Part shown: positions 1 through 13,536 of the stretch, piece after piece
Layout: the number at the start of each line of letters is the position of its first letter
Numbering within the stretch: position 1 is the stretch's first letter
NCBI RefSeq assembly: GCF_025526975.1
Contig: NW_026515686.1
Span: 124,001-188,000, forward strand
Direction: 5' to 3'
DNA: 64,000 nucleotides
Source of the DNA: Fimicolochytrium jonesii
Lineage: Eukaryota
Translations under genes and position numbers: made by a program
Notes under the pieces: model-generated
Database searches by the model: none
Seen by the model: the letters and a program-made list of their open reading frames with translations, nothing else
Told to the model about the DNA's origin: nothing

Positions 1-956
1 CCAGGAGGAACGGCACTTTGCACGGCGACGGGCGCAGGTGCGGGCGGTGGTGGAGCACCGCCCATACCCATACCGCGAGGAGGTAACAGTCCCGGTCCAG
101 CGGCGGGCGGCCTCGAGGGAGGCGCTGGTGCGGCAGCAGCAGGAGCAGCAGAAGCTGATTCTTTGCTCAAGAACGCGGAGTGAAAGTCGCCCGCTTCGTC
201 TTCGTCTGCGAATGAGAGTCCAACTAGACCGTCCTGAAACCAAAGGTATGAGAGATACAGTGGGAAATACACCGCGAAGGAAGCAGACAAACTCACGGAT
301 CCAATGAAACTGTGGAAGAACGGTCGGTCCTTTTGATACTTGACGTCGTCTGTCACATCTTGTTGCCACACGCTTCTGGCGGTCTAAAATGGAGAGGAAG
401 GAGGGAGTGAGTAAGGATGATGGGCGATGAGTGACGCATGATGAACAAGCGTCGATCCATGATAAGCGATATCCTCCTCGGTCCCCTCGCGACAAGGATG
501 CTGAGCAATCATGTGCACATGTGATGGAAGCGACCGTCCGCTGCCGCTCAGATGTACTGCTCGCTTCGCTCACCGCCGTCCGCATGCACGACTCCCCAAG
601 CCACTCTCCCTCACACCCATCCACTAAATCCCACCCGCCTCTCAACCCCTTCCCAACCCCCCAAACATACATTCAAATCAACAAGCTGCAACGTAAACGC
701 CGCCTTGTACCCGTTCCCCTTCGCCAGCACCAGCGCCCCAACGTTCCCTGAATAAGTCCAGTTGTTGTTGCGGGCATTGTAGATGCGGGCTGCTGTTGTT
801 GACAAGACCTAGAATTGATACAACGACAGTGAGGCGACAAGGGTATGAGTAAGAGGGCGGTGGGTCAGATGGGGAAGTGGGATGGGTGCCTTTACCTGAC
901 CGTTGACGGAGCGCCGGACGGTGTCTTCTTCTTCGGGGAGGATTGTCCCGGGCATT
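1..956 (-). CDS. WASP/Las17-like actin nucleation-promoting factor (WH1/EVH1 domain + proline-rich region); 3' part lies outside the window
   Basis: Spliced exons read MPGTILPEEEDTVRRSVNGQ|VLSTTAARIYNARNNNWTYSGNVGALVLAKG...LQLVDLN|TARSVWQQDVTDDVKYQKDRPFFHSFIGS|DGLVGLSFADEDEAGDF, which is the WH1 signature, then PAPPSRPP...GAPPPPAP. GT-AG introns at ~809-896, 384-670 and ~234-287. Confidence 0.85.
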
Positions 957-1260
957 GGAGTAGAGTTGAAGAGTGGGTGGCTGGCAGTGGGTTGAGGGAG
1001 TTGCTGATAGTTTGTGTGCAGGTGGGTTGCGTCCAGATTGCGGGGTGAAGTAGGGAGGGTGGGAATCTGGGCGGAATGGACGGGAGGGCCTTGGCGTCGC
1101 TTGGAGAAACGTCACCCCTTTCTGCGCTTTCTGGGCGGGCGGCAGCTAGCACCACCCCCTACTCCCGGTCTATCTTGTCTCCTATCCCACCCTATCAGCC
1201 CACCACTCTCACTATCGCATCGCTACCTGCCTCTTACCCAGCCTGTCCACCACGCAAAAG

Positions 1261-3395
1261 ATGAGCCGTCCCGTACAAGATGAGGAGGACGCCCCACCGC
1301 CCAACGACAACGAACACCCACGGCCCACAAACGACAGAGACCTCCGCAACAGCAACCACCAGCAAAGGGACGAGTACAGGCCCCACACCTCCAGCAGCAG
1401 TAGTCATCGACCACAAAACCGCCCAAGTCCGCGACATCACCCCTACGATCGCGACCGCGGACCATCTCATCACCCAAATCCCAATCCCAATCACACCAAC
1501 AATAACAACAACAACGATAGTACCCCACCACAGCACAGTCCACTACAAATAGAACCACTGGAAAGGTTCAGAACGACGTGTGTCGCGTACCAGCAGCCGA
1601 AGGAGATTGCGTGCTTTTCGTATGATGAGGGGAGGAGGTTGTTGATGGGGAGTGAAAGCGAGTTGGTAGGTTTTGGGGGTGGGATTGCGGGGATTTGAAG
1701 GCGGGGGATGGGGGAGGATGTGGATGGGGGGTGCGGGAGCGATGGCGAGCGGTTGCTGGCGGAGCGCGATGGATTGCGCCGTAGTCCGAGCGAAGCGGGG
1801 AGAATGCTCGAGGCAGGCGAGGTCGACTAGCCCGAACGCCTTCGGGAGCGCGAGCGGAGCGAGCCCCTTTTCGCCTTTGGCGCAATGCTTCCCCCAACCG
1901 GTTCTTAGTGAGCGAAGCGAGCTACGCTCCTCCCCATCGCAACCCAATATCATCAACGCAACATCGACAACCCAACATCCTGAGCGCGAGCGGAGCGAGC
2001 AGGGTATTGTTTCTTGATGGGTGGTTGATGGTTGGCGTTCGATGGCTGATGGCTAGTGGTTGACATTTCGATGCCCAATGGCTAGGTTTAGCTGACTAAC
2101 ACGCACAGTCCTTCCCCTCCGCCCAATAGAACTGGTACTACCCCCCTGACCTCACAACCGCGGACCTCTCCTCGGGCTTCCCCTCCCGGTACATCACGCG
2201 CAACCCCACCGTCCTCGAACGCATCGACGCTCTTCTCGAAGTCCTCCTCCATCTCAACACGCCTGCCGATTCCGCTGACAGCCTTCACCAAAAACCACCC
2301 ATCGTACCCGACTTCCTAACCTGGCGCGGCATCCTCACCAAGATCCTCACCACACCTTACTCGACCGATGCCTACGAACTCGGGATCACACTCTACAACC
2401 ACACCATCTTCATCGAAGAGCATGACCTGCGCCCCCCCACCGCCGCCTACGGGTCCTCCGAGCGTGATAAACTGATGACCTACATGGGCTACAAGTTCGA
2501 GTCTCTCGCGACGGTTGATACGCCCCCCGGGGTGTTGCAGGGGATGGGGGAGGGGGAGAGGGAGGGTGTGTTGGCGCGGAGGGATGGGGGGGTTGTGAAT
2601 ACGAATCGGCAGTATTGTTGTGTGGTGAAGACGAGGGTGGGGAGGCATGGGGTGGTAATGGGCGCTGAGGTGGATTGTTTGGTTGATGGTACGTCAGAGT
2701 CAAGAGAGGGGTGTTTATTGCCATTTCGATATGCTGATCGAATGCCCCCCATGTGTGCAGACGTCAAACCAAAAACAAACCCCCAAACAGCCTACGCAGA
2801 ACTCAAAACCAACCGCGTCATCACCAACCCCAACCAACGCCGGTCCTTCGAACGGTAATTGGTCCCCCTTCCCCCTCCCCCCTCGCCCCCCACCCACCCA
2901 CTAAAACACCTGTCTCCCCCCACCAGCCACAAACTCCTCAAAGTCTGGGCCCAATCCTTCCTCCCCGGCATCCCCACCGTCATCGTCGGGTACCGCCACG
3001 ACGACGGGCGGCTTTCCCACATCCAGTCCCTCAAAACAATGAGCATACCGCGGATGGTCCGTGAATCGGCAAGTCAGAGTGGGCGAGGTGGGGGAGGGGG
3101 ACATGGGGAGCCGCCGTGGGATCCGACGATCTGTTTGAATTTCGGGAACGCGTTTTTGGACTGGGTTAGGGGCGTTGTCGGCGTCGGGTTCGGGGATGCG
3201 GACGTGGTGTATACCGTGCGGTGTGATTATGACGACGGGGACGATGGCGCGAGGCGGGGGGGTGGGTATGGGAGAGGCGGAGGACGACGGCGGGTCGTGA
3301 AGCTCGTGAAAATCGAACGCGGCGTGCAGGGCCCGACGGGCGTGTTTATCCCGCAATGGTATCGGGAAGGGAGGCGGCCTGGGTCCGATGCGTAA
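1261..3395 (+). CDS. RAI1: RAI1/DXO-family decapping exoribonuclease
   Basis: EIACFSYD; FLTWRGILTKIL; GYKFES; GAEVDC; ELKT; KVWAQSFLPGIPTVIVGYR motifs across 4 exons (introns 1666-2129, 2689-2760, ~2855-2925). Confidence 0.92.
1787..2013 (+). repeat. Intronic GAGC-repeat/hairpin element, copy A (RAI1 intron 1)
   Basis: Colinear with 44728-44910; shares the exact 20-mer CGCGAGCGGAGCGAGCAGGG, CAACCCAATAT and two hairpins. Confidence 0.75.
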
Positions 3396-3696
3396 AACTC
3401 GGTGTTGTGTCCCAACTTCGAAATGATAGATCCCGTTCGGCGTACAGATGAACATCCCTGCATATTCAGATTTTTTCGCATCACCTATTTTCCAATGGGG
3501 TCATTTCATCTCTGACCCCCGACCCTTCATCTTCCAATCCAGGTTTGAGCGCCGGATAGATACTGTACATTGACTGTACATTGCGACGTGATTGAAAAGA
3601 GCAATGATGCCACGAGACAGTCATCCCCTCCGTCTCGCAAATGATTGCGAGTTATTGATTGAAGCCCAAAAAAAAGATATGTGCAGATGCCCCAAG

Positions 3697-4841
3697 TCAT
3701 ACATCGACCATCCCCAAAAGCCTCTGCTGTGCCACCCTATACTTCTGCAACGCCCGTAGCACTTTCGGGTCCGATACCGCCGCTTTTCTCATCCCATCCT
3801 CCTCATGTGGAGGTTGCGCGTCCAAGAGCGCCCGTCGCTCCGATTCAAACTCTTCCCTCGCTGCTTTGCAGAACCTGTGTGTGTCCGATTCAGTACACCT
3901 CCTGCAGTGCATGAGCAAACACAAGAATGAAATATGAAATAGTTACCCCCGCAATTTCTCTGCAGTGGCCTGTTTCTTGGCGATCTGCCTTTCCAGCATC
4001 AGGCGGAGGATGTCGCGGGCTTGGTGCGGGCGGTACTCGTTGATGACGTGGTGGATGTTCTGCAGGATGAGCCAGATCTGTTCTTTTTTGTATTCGAACT
4101 GTGCGCACGCCACATTCGAAGTAAAGGACACTTAGTTACAGCTTGTCTTGTGAAAGCACATGGGGTCAATGAGCGTACCTGCTCCGTCCGTTCAGTCACA
4201 ACGTCAAGATATTCCAACAGATTCAGCTGGAGTGCGCGGATGAGGTGCTTGAGCACCGCCTTGAAGTCTAGCCAAGTCCAGAAAGAGAGTCAGTTCAGTC
4301 GACGTCCCCGAAAAAGTCGCCGTTCCGCCGTTCAGCCCTCCAGTCAAACCCACCGATCGGCCCGTCGGGATACAGTTGCTCAATTCCCAGCTCTTTCAGA
4401 GACTTCCGCTTCACATCTATCTGAGCAAAAGAAGAAGTCAGCCCGCACGTCCCCAGATACAGGAAAGGGAACAGGGACACGAACATCATGGGTTGCTCCG
4501 AAAACCGAGTACGGCCCGACTATCGGTTTTGGCGGGTGCAGGAACAAGCGTGTTGTCTTCCCTTCCTCCTCCTCCTTTGCCGCTCTCTCGTTTGCCTCGG
4601 TCGCTTCTGCGTGTATACCAACGTCGAAGGAGTATATGGGAGATCCCACGGGATCTTTGGGCGTGGTCACCGTGTCATTCTTCTTGGTGGTGGTGGTGGT
4701 GGTGGAGTCGGTCTGCGTGCGCTGGTAGCGGGGGAAGGGTGCGACTGCAGGGTCGGTGTAGTTGTTGAAGTAGGCGGGAGGGAGAGGGTAGGCTGTTGTG
4801 AACTGAGTGGTGTCCGGTGGTGGTGGTTGTGCACCTTCCAT
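3697..4841 (-). CDS. MED7: Mediator complex subunit 7
   Basis: AYPLPPAYF; PPKPIVGPYSVFG; LKELGIEQLYP; NIHHVINEYRPHQARDIL motifs; about 5 exons. Confidence 0.93.
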
Positions 4842-5216
4842 TGCCAGGGGGGGTTTGGGAGCGAGCGACGGCCGTTCCAGACCGACAACAAGTGGCGGGC
4901 GGAGAGACGAAAGAGGGCGGAGGGTGTGCGTTGGTGCCTGGTTGCTGAGGGTTGCTGGCCTGCTGATTGAAGCTGGATGGCAGCGACGGGACGCTTGAAG
5001 CTGGCTCTCACGGAGTCTCACGGAAAGCGTCGGTTGTCCCCTCCCTCCCTCCGGCAGGCGCCATCTCCAACCGGCAAGCGACTCATCTTGGCTCAACCTC
5101 TCCTCCTGCATCCCCTATCACACCCCTCCTCAGCCCCTCCTCGTGAAAGACAGACAGTTGGACGCCTGAGTCGAACATACTCGCATACTGCATTGGCACC
5201 CAGTGCGCTGTTCGCC

Positions 5217-8200
5217 ATGTTCGAAAAGGTATGTAGAAACAAGTCAAGCTGGCAGTGCATGGAAGTGGCATGAGAGGCCTCTCGTCCGCTCTCCAAAGCG
5301 ACCTGCCCACCCCTCCAATAAATGACTTCCACAACTTTTCCTCAAGTCTCATCCTTTGCTCTCCCCAGTCCCTAACAGACCTCATCCGCGGCATCCGCGC
5401 CAACAAGAAAAACGAGGAAAAATACATTGCAACATGCCTGGACGAGATCAGGAACGAAGTCAGGAAAAATGACCCGGAGATCAAGGCTGGAGCTATTCGG
5501 AAGCTTGTTTATGTATGTGCTTTGGAGTTTGGAGGATGGACTGGAGATTGGGGATGCGAAGTCGAGTGGTGGAAACTGACGGCGGCCACACTTTTTTGCA
5601 GCTGCATATGCACGGCTACGACATGGCATGGGCCTCCTTTCACGTCATCGAGGTCATGTCCTCGCCAAAGATCCAGTACAAGCGGCTCGGGTACCAAGCT
5701 GCCTCTGTATCGTTCAAGCAGGATACGGATGTGTTGATGCTTTGTACTAATCTCATCAAGAAGGTATTTGCGAAAGAGAGCCAAACTGATCGCTTGAACG
5801 TACATGCTCACGGTGGATACATGTTGCAGGACCTGTCCTCCAACAGCTACCACGAATCCGCTCTCGCCCTGCACGGCCTCGCCTCGATCGTAACCCCCGA
5901 CCTCGGCCGTGACCTGGCCCCCGACTTGATCGCCATGATGAACCACTCGCGACCTTATATCCGCAAACGAGTGATTCTGGTACTCTATCGCGTGTTTTTG
6001 AAGTACCCCGAAGCGCTGCGGCTGGCGTTTCCGAGGCTTAAGGAGAAATTGGATGATCCTGATCCAGGTGCGGCCGCGTTTGCAAACAGATCGAAAATGC
6101 TCGTTTAGGGAGGGAGGAGATCTGACATTTTGGACATCTCTACAGCGGTGGTGTCGGCGGCTGTGAACGTGATATGCGAGCTCGCAAGACGGAACCCGAA
6201 GAGCTATCTCAACCTCGCGCCAAGCCTGTACGGTCTCCTGACAAACTCCACCAACAACTGGATGCTGATCAAGATCATCAAACTGGTTCGTTTGCCCACT
6301 CTTCACAAACGCGTTCTCTCACCTCGTTGGTCGGGCGATACTGAAAACCCCTTTCTTCCACCCAGTTCGCAGCCCTAACCCCCTTAGAACCGCGCCTCGT
6401 CAAAAAGCTGCGTCCGCAAATCACCAACCTGATCCAATCCACCTCCGCCATGTCTCTGCTCTACGAATGCATCCACACCGTGATCGTCGGCGGGATGATA
6501 GGACCCGAGACTGAAGGCGGGGAGGAGGAGGCGCAGGATCAGGCGCTTGCGCGGCTTTTGACGAGCAAGTTGAAGCTGTTTATTGAGGAGCCGGATCAGA
6601 ATTTGAAGTATTTGGGACTGTATGCGCTTTGGAAGCTGCTTGCTGTGCGCCCGAAAGCGGTGATTGAGCATCGGGACACGATTTTGGCGTGTTTGGATGA
6701 TGCGGATGTTAGCATTAGGATGAGGGCGCTTGATATTGTTACTGGGATGGTGAGTGACACATGACACATCCTGAAAAATGCCGTAATCCGTCGCTTGTGG
6801 TCCGATCCGACTCATACTTATCCTTCACAGGTAACCCAAAGCAATCTGATGCAAATAGTGCGCAAATTGATGGGCCAAGTCCTGACAGTCCCCAAACACC
6901 AACAACAACGCAGCCCACCCGCCGCCTCCTTCCCACCCCCCTCGCTCGCCCCCTCCATCCTCGACGCATCCGACCGCACCCGCGTCCTCACCCGCATCAT
7001 CGACATCTGCTCAAAGGACACCTACGCCAACATCACCGATTTCGAGTGGTACCTCACCACCCTCGTCGACATGGTTCGGCTCACCCGCGGCGTGGACGTG
7101 GGCAACGCCGTCGCGCAGCAATTGGTGAACGTCACTGTGCGTGTACCGGAAGTTCGAGAGTTTGCGGTGGCGGCCATGCGGGACTTGTTGATGGACGATA
7201 CCCTGCTCCTCTCCGCGACGCAGCTGGAGAAGAACAACGCCGCGGTGCTGTGGGCTGCTGCGTGGATCTGTGGCGAGTTTAGGGGCCATGTCGATGATCC
7301 GTCGGGGTTGATTACGCGGTTACTGGCGCGCGGTGTTGTGGCGTTGCCCCCGGTGGTGCAGGCTGTGTTTTTGCAGAATGCGCTGAAGCTGTACGCCCAT
7401 TGGGCGGTTGATCTGCAGAAAACGCCTGAGGATTCACCCGCAACAACGCCACTGAACGCCGAAACCTTTGGCCAGACAACCTCGGAACTGCTCACCGCCC
7501 TCGCACCCTTCCGCACGGCCGCTGACCTCGAAGTGCAAGAACGGGCTTGCGAGGTCTTTGAAATCATCCAGTTGGTCCACCGCCACTGCACACACACCCC
7601 TGGAGATTCGACACAGCAGCAACGCGGCTTGGTGCTCACCGAGTTACACACCCTCTTCAAGGGTGAACTCAACCCTGTCGCCTCCAAAGCCCAGAAACGC
7701 GTACCGGTACCCGAAGGGTTAGATTTGGACGCGTGGATCTTCGAGCCGGAGCCCGAACCGGTCGAAGAAAGCAGCAATGTCGAAGATGTAGACGATACAG
7801 ATTTCTGGGGCGAGAAACCCAGCGGCGGCGGCGGTGGGGGAACATTTGACAGTAACACCGACTCACCAGCCGACGCGGACCGCAAACGCGCCGAACGTCG
7901 TGAACGCCAGAAATTTGATCCGTACTATATCCCCAGCGGCGGGCAACAACAACAACAACAACAACCGCTGTACGATGATATCGATGTGAACGAGATCCCC
8001 ATCGTCCGGCTAGATCTCCCGCCCCTCTCCTTTGGCGAAATCGAAACGGGCCGTTCCAAGAAAAGCAAAAAAGGCAAATCCACCCGCGCTGACGACCTCC
8101 TTGGTCCCCCCTCCTCATCATCATCAAGACAACCACAGAAATCATACAACATCAACCGCGGCGGGGAGATGCCCGACGGTCCAGCGGCGGGAGACGATGA

Positions 8201-9602
8201 CCGCGAGAGCCCACTGAACGCGGATGTGGATGAGATTACGAAAGCGGTGATGAGCGTGGATTTGACGGCTGGCGCTGATGGGGAGTTTGATGTTATGGAG
8301 CCGAGGGATTTCCCGCCCCCGCCGCCCGCTCCTGATAAGAATACGACGGGGGAGTTGCTGGTTGTGAGGAAGAAGGTTGGGGGGGTTAAGAAGGGTGTGG
8401 GAGAGGAAGGTGGTGGAGGTGTGAAGATGAAGAAGAAGAAGAAGGAGAAGGGAGGGGATGCTGATTCGGGGTTGGTAAAGAAGAAGAAAAAGAAGACTGT
8501 GAATGAGGAGGACGTAGGGGTGGAACCGGTTAAGAAAATCAAGAAGAAGAAGGCACCTGTAACGATCGCTGACCCCGCGCCTACGTCGACATCAACCCCC
8601 GCCACCCCCACCGCGGCGTCGGGACCGTCGTCCCCAGCCCACATCAACAAATCCCAGCTGTACGCAGGCAGGGGCATCGACATTGACGCACCCTACGAGC
8701 GTGTCGCATCCCCCGCCTTATCCGTCGGCGACACGGCCACGGGTGCCGACCACCTTCCCACCCCAACACAACCCGAACCCGAAGAACCCAGGGACTGGAT
8801 AGACATAGGCGGCGACGACACCATCGCCGTCAGCTACGACTGGGAACGTGCTGACACGGAATCCACCACCGCCCCACTTCCCATCCACGTCCACCTCCGC
8901 TTCACCAACACATCCCCCCACCCCATCACCTTACCCAACCTCACACTCTCATCAGACTCGGGCGCCGTGACAGCACCATTGGGCGATATACACCTCCCCC
9001 GCACCCCTACTCAGGCACACACGACAACCCTAACAATCCACCTCCCCCGTGCCCACGACCCACCGTACCTGGCTACACCCCAAACGCTACATCTCACCTG
9101 TGGGCTGGCGAGGGCGGGGTGGGCTGCGACTCTGGTCCTACCCTCCACCACCAACTTCCTGCCCGCCTCCTCGGTGATCACCCCACCCTCTCCCGAGGAA
9201 TTCGCAACCATCCTCGCCAACGCATCCCTCCAACAAGCGCAGGTCCACACCTCAACGACCCAATTCCATATCGCGAAGCTGAGACCAGGCTGGGGCGCCG
9301 ATGAGATTCTGGCGCGGGTGGGGAGACGCGTCCGGATGGGGGTCGTTGAGGGTGTGGACGGCGCGGCGACATTCTGGGGGTGGGTGGATGCGGGCCGTCG
9401 GACGGTTCAGGGGGATAGCGAAACCGAGCCCACGCGGCCGTGGTGCGCGGCGCTGATCCGGGTCACGCGAGGCCAGCGGGGGATGTGGATTGTGCGGGCG
9501 GAGCTGAAGGCGGTTGTGGGACGGGGACGGGAGGGGCTCGAGATGGTGGAGGGCGTTGTGGCGGAGATTGGGGAGTGGTGTGCGGCGGTGGGCGGGATGT
9601 AG
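5217..9602 (+). CDS. AP3D1: AP-3 adaptor complex subunit delta
   Basis: MFEK|SLTDLIRGIR; GYDMAWASFHVIEVMS; NNWMLIKIIKL; DLEVQERA; ELNPVASKAQKRVPVPEGLDLDAWI; long terminal exon with a Lys-rich hinge. Confidence 0.96.
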
Positions 9603-10194
9603 CGGCTGCTGCGAGGGTTCGAGATCTCTGTGCCCGAAATGGTCAGGATGATGTACTGTACATACCACAGATGTAAGGTGGAGGATTTGGAATAGTACTG
9701 ATGCCGGCCGGGCCTTGATGGTCCACTGTTCTATTGTTGCAATCCGGCTCTCTCTGTTTCTTTTTTCAGTCTTCTTGGAGTTTGTTCTTTTTGGGAGGAT
9801 ATGGAAACGGATTTGGAGCAGAAACAAGCTGATGTACAGTCGTAGCCCATATCCAGTTCAACACCGCACTCATCAGACGCCAAAATACCAGACCCAGTAA
9901 AGCAGCAGCCAATTGAAAAAGGGAAAGAAAAAAGAGAGTCTTATTCGAAAGCAAAGAAGCAATCACGGGGCAACCAACGGGAATCAGACACACACACACA
10001 GAAAGGAATGCGCCCCCTCTCCCCTCATCCCGAAAGCGTTTCAAACGATAACCGGGGGAATGCGAATCAGCGGTGCAGAAGGGGGGGAAAATCGGCAACA
10101 AAAGTAGGTGGGTCGAGACAACAATAAGCAATGTAGCTAGCTAGCTACCAGGCGGGGGGAGACCAACGCAAGCAGGACCGGGGAGAATGTTCAA

Positions 10195-12985
10195 CTACTT
10201 CCGTCCATGGTCATTAGCGTTCAATGCCTCGTTGGACGAGACCCGATCGCCCTCCGGGGGAATGTAGCTCGCCGAGGTCCCACGCACTCCCAACGCCTTC
10301 AACCCCTCGATAAGCCCGGCGGCATCCAGCCGCTCGCCATCGGTTCCCTCAAACAGGCCCGCGGTGCCGTCGTCCTCGTCATGGAAGTGTTCACGAATGC
10401 GTGGGCTGCCGGGGGCCGAGGCGGGGCGGGGCACTTTTTGGTGGTACTTCAGATTGGTCAAATCGTCGCGTTGGAGACCCGAGGGGTTCGCGTCGCTCTC
10501 GTACCCGTACTGCAACTCGCCGGTCCGGTTCCCGTGCCCGTACTCATCCTGGTCGGATTCCGTGTGGTGCGAGTTCTCGTAGGCGGCGACGGCGTCGGGC
10601 CATTTACGGCGGACGGCGACCCAGCGCGCCTTGACGTACTCGAGGCCCATGCGTTTCCAGTCGAGGAGGTCCGACAGGCGTTCGGTGCGGTTGCGTTGGT
10701 TGATGCGTTGGCGGCGGGACTTTTGACAGAACTCCATCATGCAGTCTGCGAGCTGTTGGCAGGACTCTTCGATGGATTTCAGGCGACGGTCCACGATATA
10801 GATGCCGTAGTCTGGCGGGTGCGAGATCATCTCGTCCATGAAGCAGCCGAAGCCGGAGAGGTTGGTCGTGATGGAGGGTACGCCCATGACCGTGCACTCG
10901 GCAGGAGTGTATCCCCTAATGGTGCGGAAAAAAAATGCGTCAGTCGTGTTTCGACACGTGGATTGAATTCAAGAAACATGTATCAACCCGATTCGCGACA
11001 CATACCATGGCTCGTAGTAACTAGGGAAAACTCCCAAATGGCACCCTCTAACAAACTCCTCATAATCCATCCCCAAAAGCGGGTTGTTGGAGCTCAAGAA
11101 TTCGGGGTGGAAGATCATCTTAACCCTGTCCTCCGGCGCATTGAACAGCTTGACCTGACGCATCTGGTGCAAGATTGGGTCGGTCGCGTCGTCCGCCATG
11201 TTGTGCGTCACGATGGGGGGTAAAGTGTCGCGCTTGAGGGCAAAGATGCGCCTCTTGAGGAGGACAAAGTCTTGGTCGGTGACTAGGAGGGAGGAGTCCG
11301 GAATCTTTCCTCTGTTGGTTGAGAAAAGACATAAGTTAGGTTGGTCACTCATCCGCATCAACGGGCGCCCGCAGTACAATCACGCACCTTGCAGCATTCT
11401 CAAAGATGCGCTGTCCAATCGAGTTCTGGATCTCAGTCACGGAATCCTTCAACTGCTTCATCACAGCCTGTCCCTTCAATGCATCCACAGTGAAGCTGTG
11501 TGTGCTCGCAGGCATAATGATAAAGGCTACGACCGTGATGGGCGAGTTGATGTGCTTGAGTTGTGCGTTCAAGCCTTCAAGAAGACAAAAGGAGAAATGT
11601 TAGGCCGGCCGTTCCCCCCAATCCATCAATTGCAATATCATCAAGAAACATACGAGCCATAGATTCAATAAACATATCCACTCCCTTGTTGCGGAACTCA
11701 TAACGGCCGGCGGTGAAAAAGTACAACGTGTTGTCCAGATCAAAGTCGTTATAGCCGTAGAAGTGACCGCGGGTGAACTCGTGAATCTTTTCCTTGGCCT
11801 TGGCGTGCAAGTTCTGGAACTCATGGAGGGCACTGAACTTGACCACGTTCAAACCGTTGGGAGTGACGCCGTCTGTGAACGATGGATATGAGTAGGTGCT
11901 CCGAGACATGCATGGAGAACGAAGGTAGACAGAATTGCGTCTCGGGATAACGAACCTGGCTTTCGCTTCAGCAGCCATTCAGCCTCATAAGCAGTGATGT
12001 GACTCACTGTCGTAAAGACGTCCGCGCAATGCGCCGCAGCTCGCTCAATGCAGTAACGGTGGTAGATTCCTCTTCTGCCAGCCTCAGCGTCGCAGTCAAA
12101 GAACTTCAGGTTGTTGTAGAAATCAACATCACCAGCGCAAAGGTATCGTCCCAGCAGGGTAGCGTGGGTGGTAAAGATGGTGGCGATGTTCATATTCCGT
12201 TTTCGCAACAAAACGAGGGCGACGCCCGCCAACCATTCGTGGAAGTGGGCGATGACTGCGGGTCTTGTGTTCGCGGGGCGTTTCTCGTTGACCTCGGACG
12301 CGGGCAGAGAGGCATGATGTTGTTGTTGGTGTTGGAACTGGAATGCGTGGAAGAATTAGATCCGCGACCACTCTGCAAACCGATCAGAGCCCGACAATTT
12401 ACACACCTCTCCCAAAAACCATGCAACAAGGTATCCGAAAACAATAGCCTCGTTCGTCTCCCTGTCGTTCGGTGGGCTAGGAATCCCCGCCGTGGTCCAG
12501 AGATCGCTCTTCCACTCATTCATCCTGTGGTACGCGCTGCTGACATCCAACAACAGAACGTAGGGGGCGCCTTCTATCAGCCAGCGGCCGTAGAGGAACT
12601 TGACGCCGCGTGCCGTCAAGTTTTCCAGGGTCACTCTCATGGCCTCGGATTGCGGCTTGTCGACCGCCTCGACTTCCATCGGGGCGGTCTTGTAGGACAA
12701 AGGCCCGATGAGACAGTAGCGGTCGCCGTATTCGTTACATGTTACTGGCGCCTTTGACTTGATGACCGTGTAGATTCCGCCGACTATTTGCAAAAAAATG
12801 GGTGGGAGGTAAGAATGAAGTATAACAACGAGCCAGTATTCAAGTGAGCCATAAGGTGATTCTATCCTCTCGCTCGTGTTTCTCTACCGGTGTGCATAAG
12901 GACTCGAAGACGAACCTTTGTTGGCGACCTCCCACGCGATCTCGAACAGCAGAGGCTTGGTGATGTCCTGCTTGTTGTCGGCCAT
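10195..12985 (-). CDS. GSY1: Glycogen synthase (GT3 family)
   Basis: [71 protein letters not shown]-terminal RPASAPGSP regulatory motif. Confidence 0.97.
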
Positions 12986-13512
12986 TGTGGCAGCTGTTTT
13001 TTTTGGGGGGCTTTCAGATTATAGGGATGCAATGTGTATCAGATGATCGTGAAAATGGGGGTGGTTTTGCTGGAGATCAGCACTACGAGCAGAAGATGGT
13101 GCAAAACAAGAGGGTTAGAACGTGGGACCATCTCGGCAGGATGACGTAGACGATGGGAGTGCAAGATGGGGTCATCTTACCAGAGATGTCGGGCTCCAGT
13201 GGGGCTCGGCGATTCAGGAAACCGTTTGTCGAAGAGAAAGAGGAAGGCGCGGAGCAGGGCTTGCTCTTGTTCAGGGGGAAGAAGGCAGGCAGACGGTCCC
13301 TGAAGGAGTTCGTTGTTTTTTTCTGCTTCTCTGCTTGCCCCTATATATCATAAAGGAAAGTACAGTATGACTGTCAGTTATGGGCGGGCGGGTGGGTGGT
13401 TTGGCCTTGTCCTACGCGGAAAACGCCCCATGAGGCCATTACGACAGTCAGGCCAGGGGGCAGCGCAAGACTATTACCCACGGGCCCCCGGGTGGCAATG
13501 ACAATCAACCCC

Positions 13513-13536
13513 ATCATCATCATCATCATCATCATC
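13513..13536. repeat. (CAT)n microsatellite
   Basis: About 8 tandem CAT units in the intergenic region. Confidence 0.8.

Noticed and set aside
10207..11223. Long antisense ORFs (also 37033-38094, 7022-7885, 51130-51978)
   Set aside because: Shadow frames of real genes in GC-rich, codon-biased DNA.
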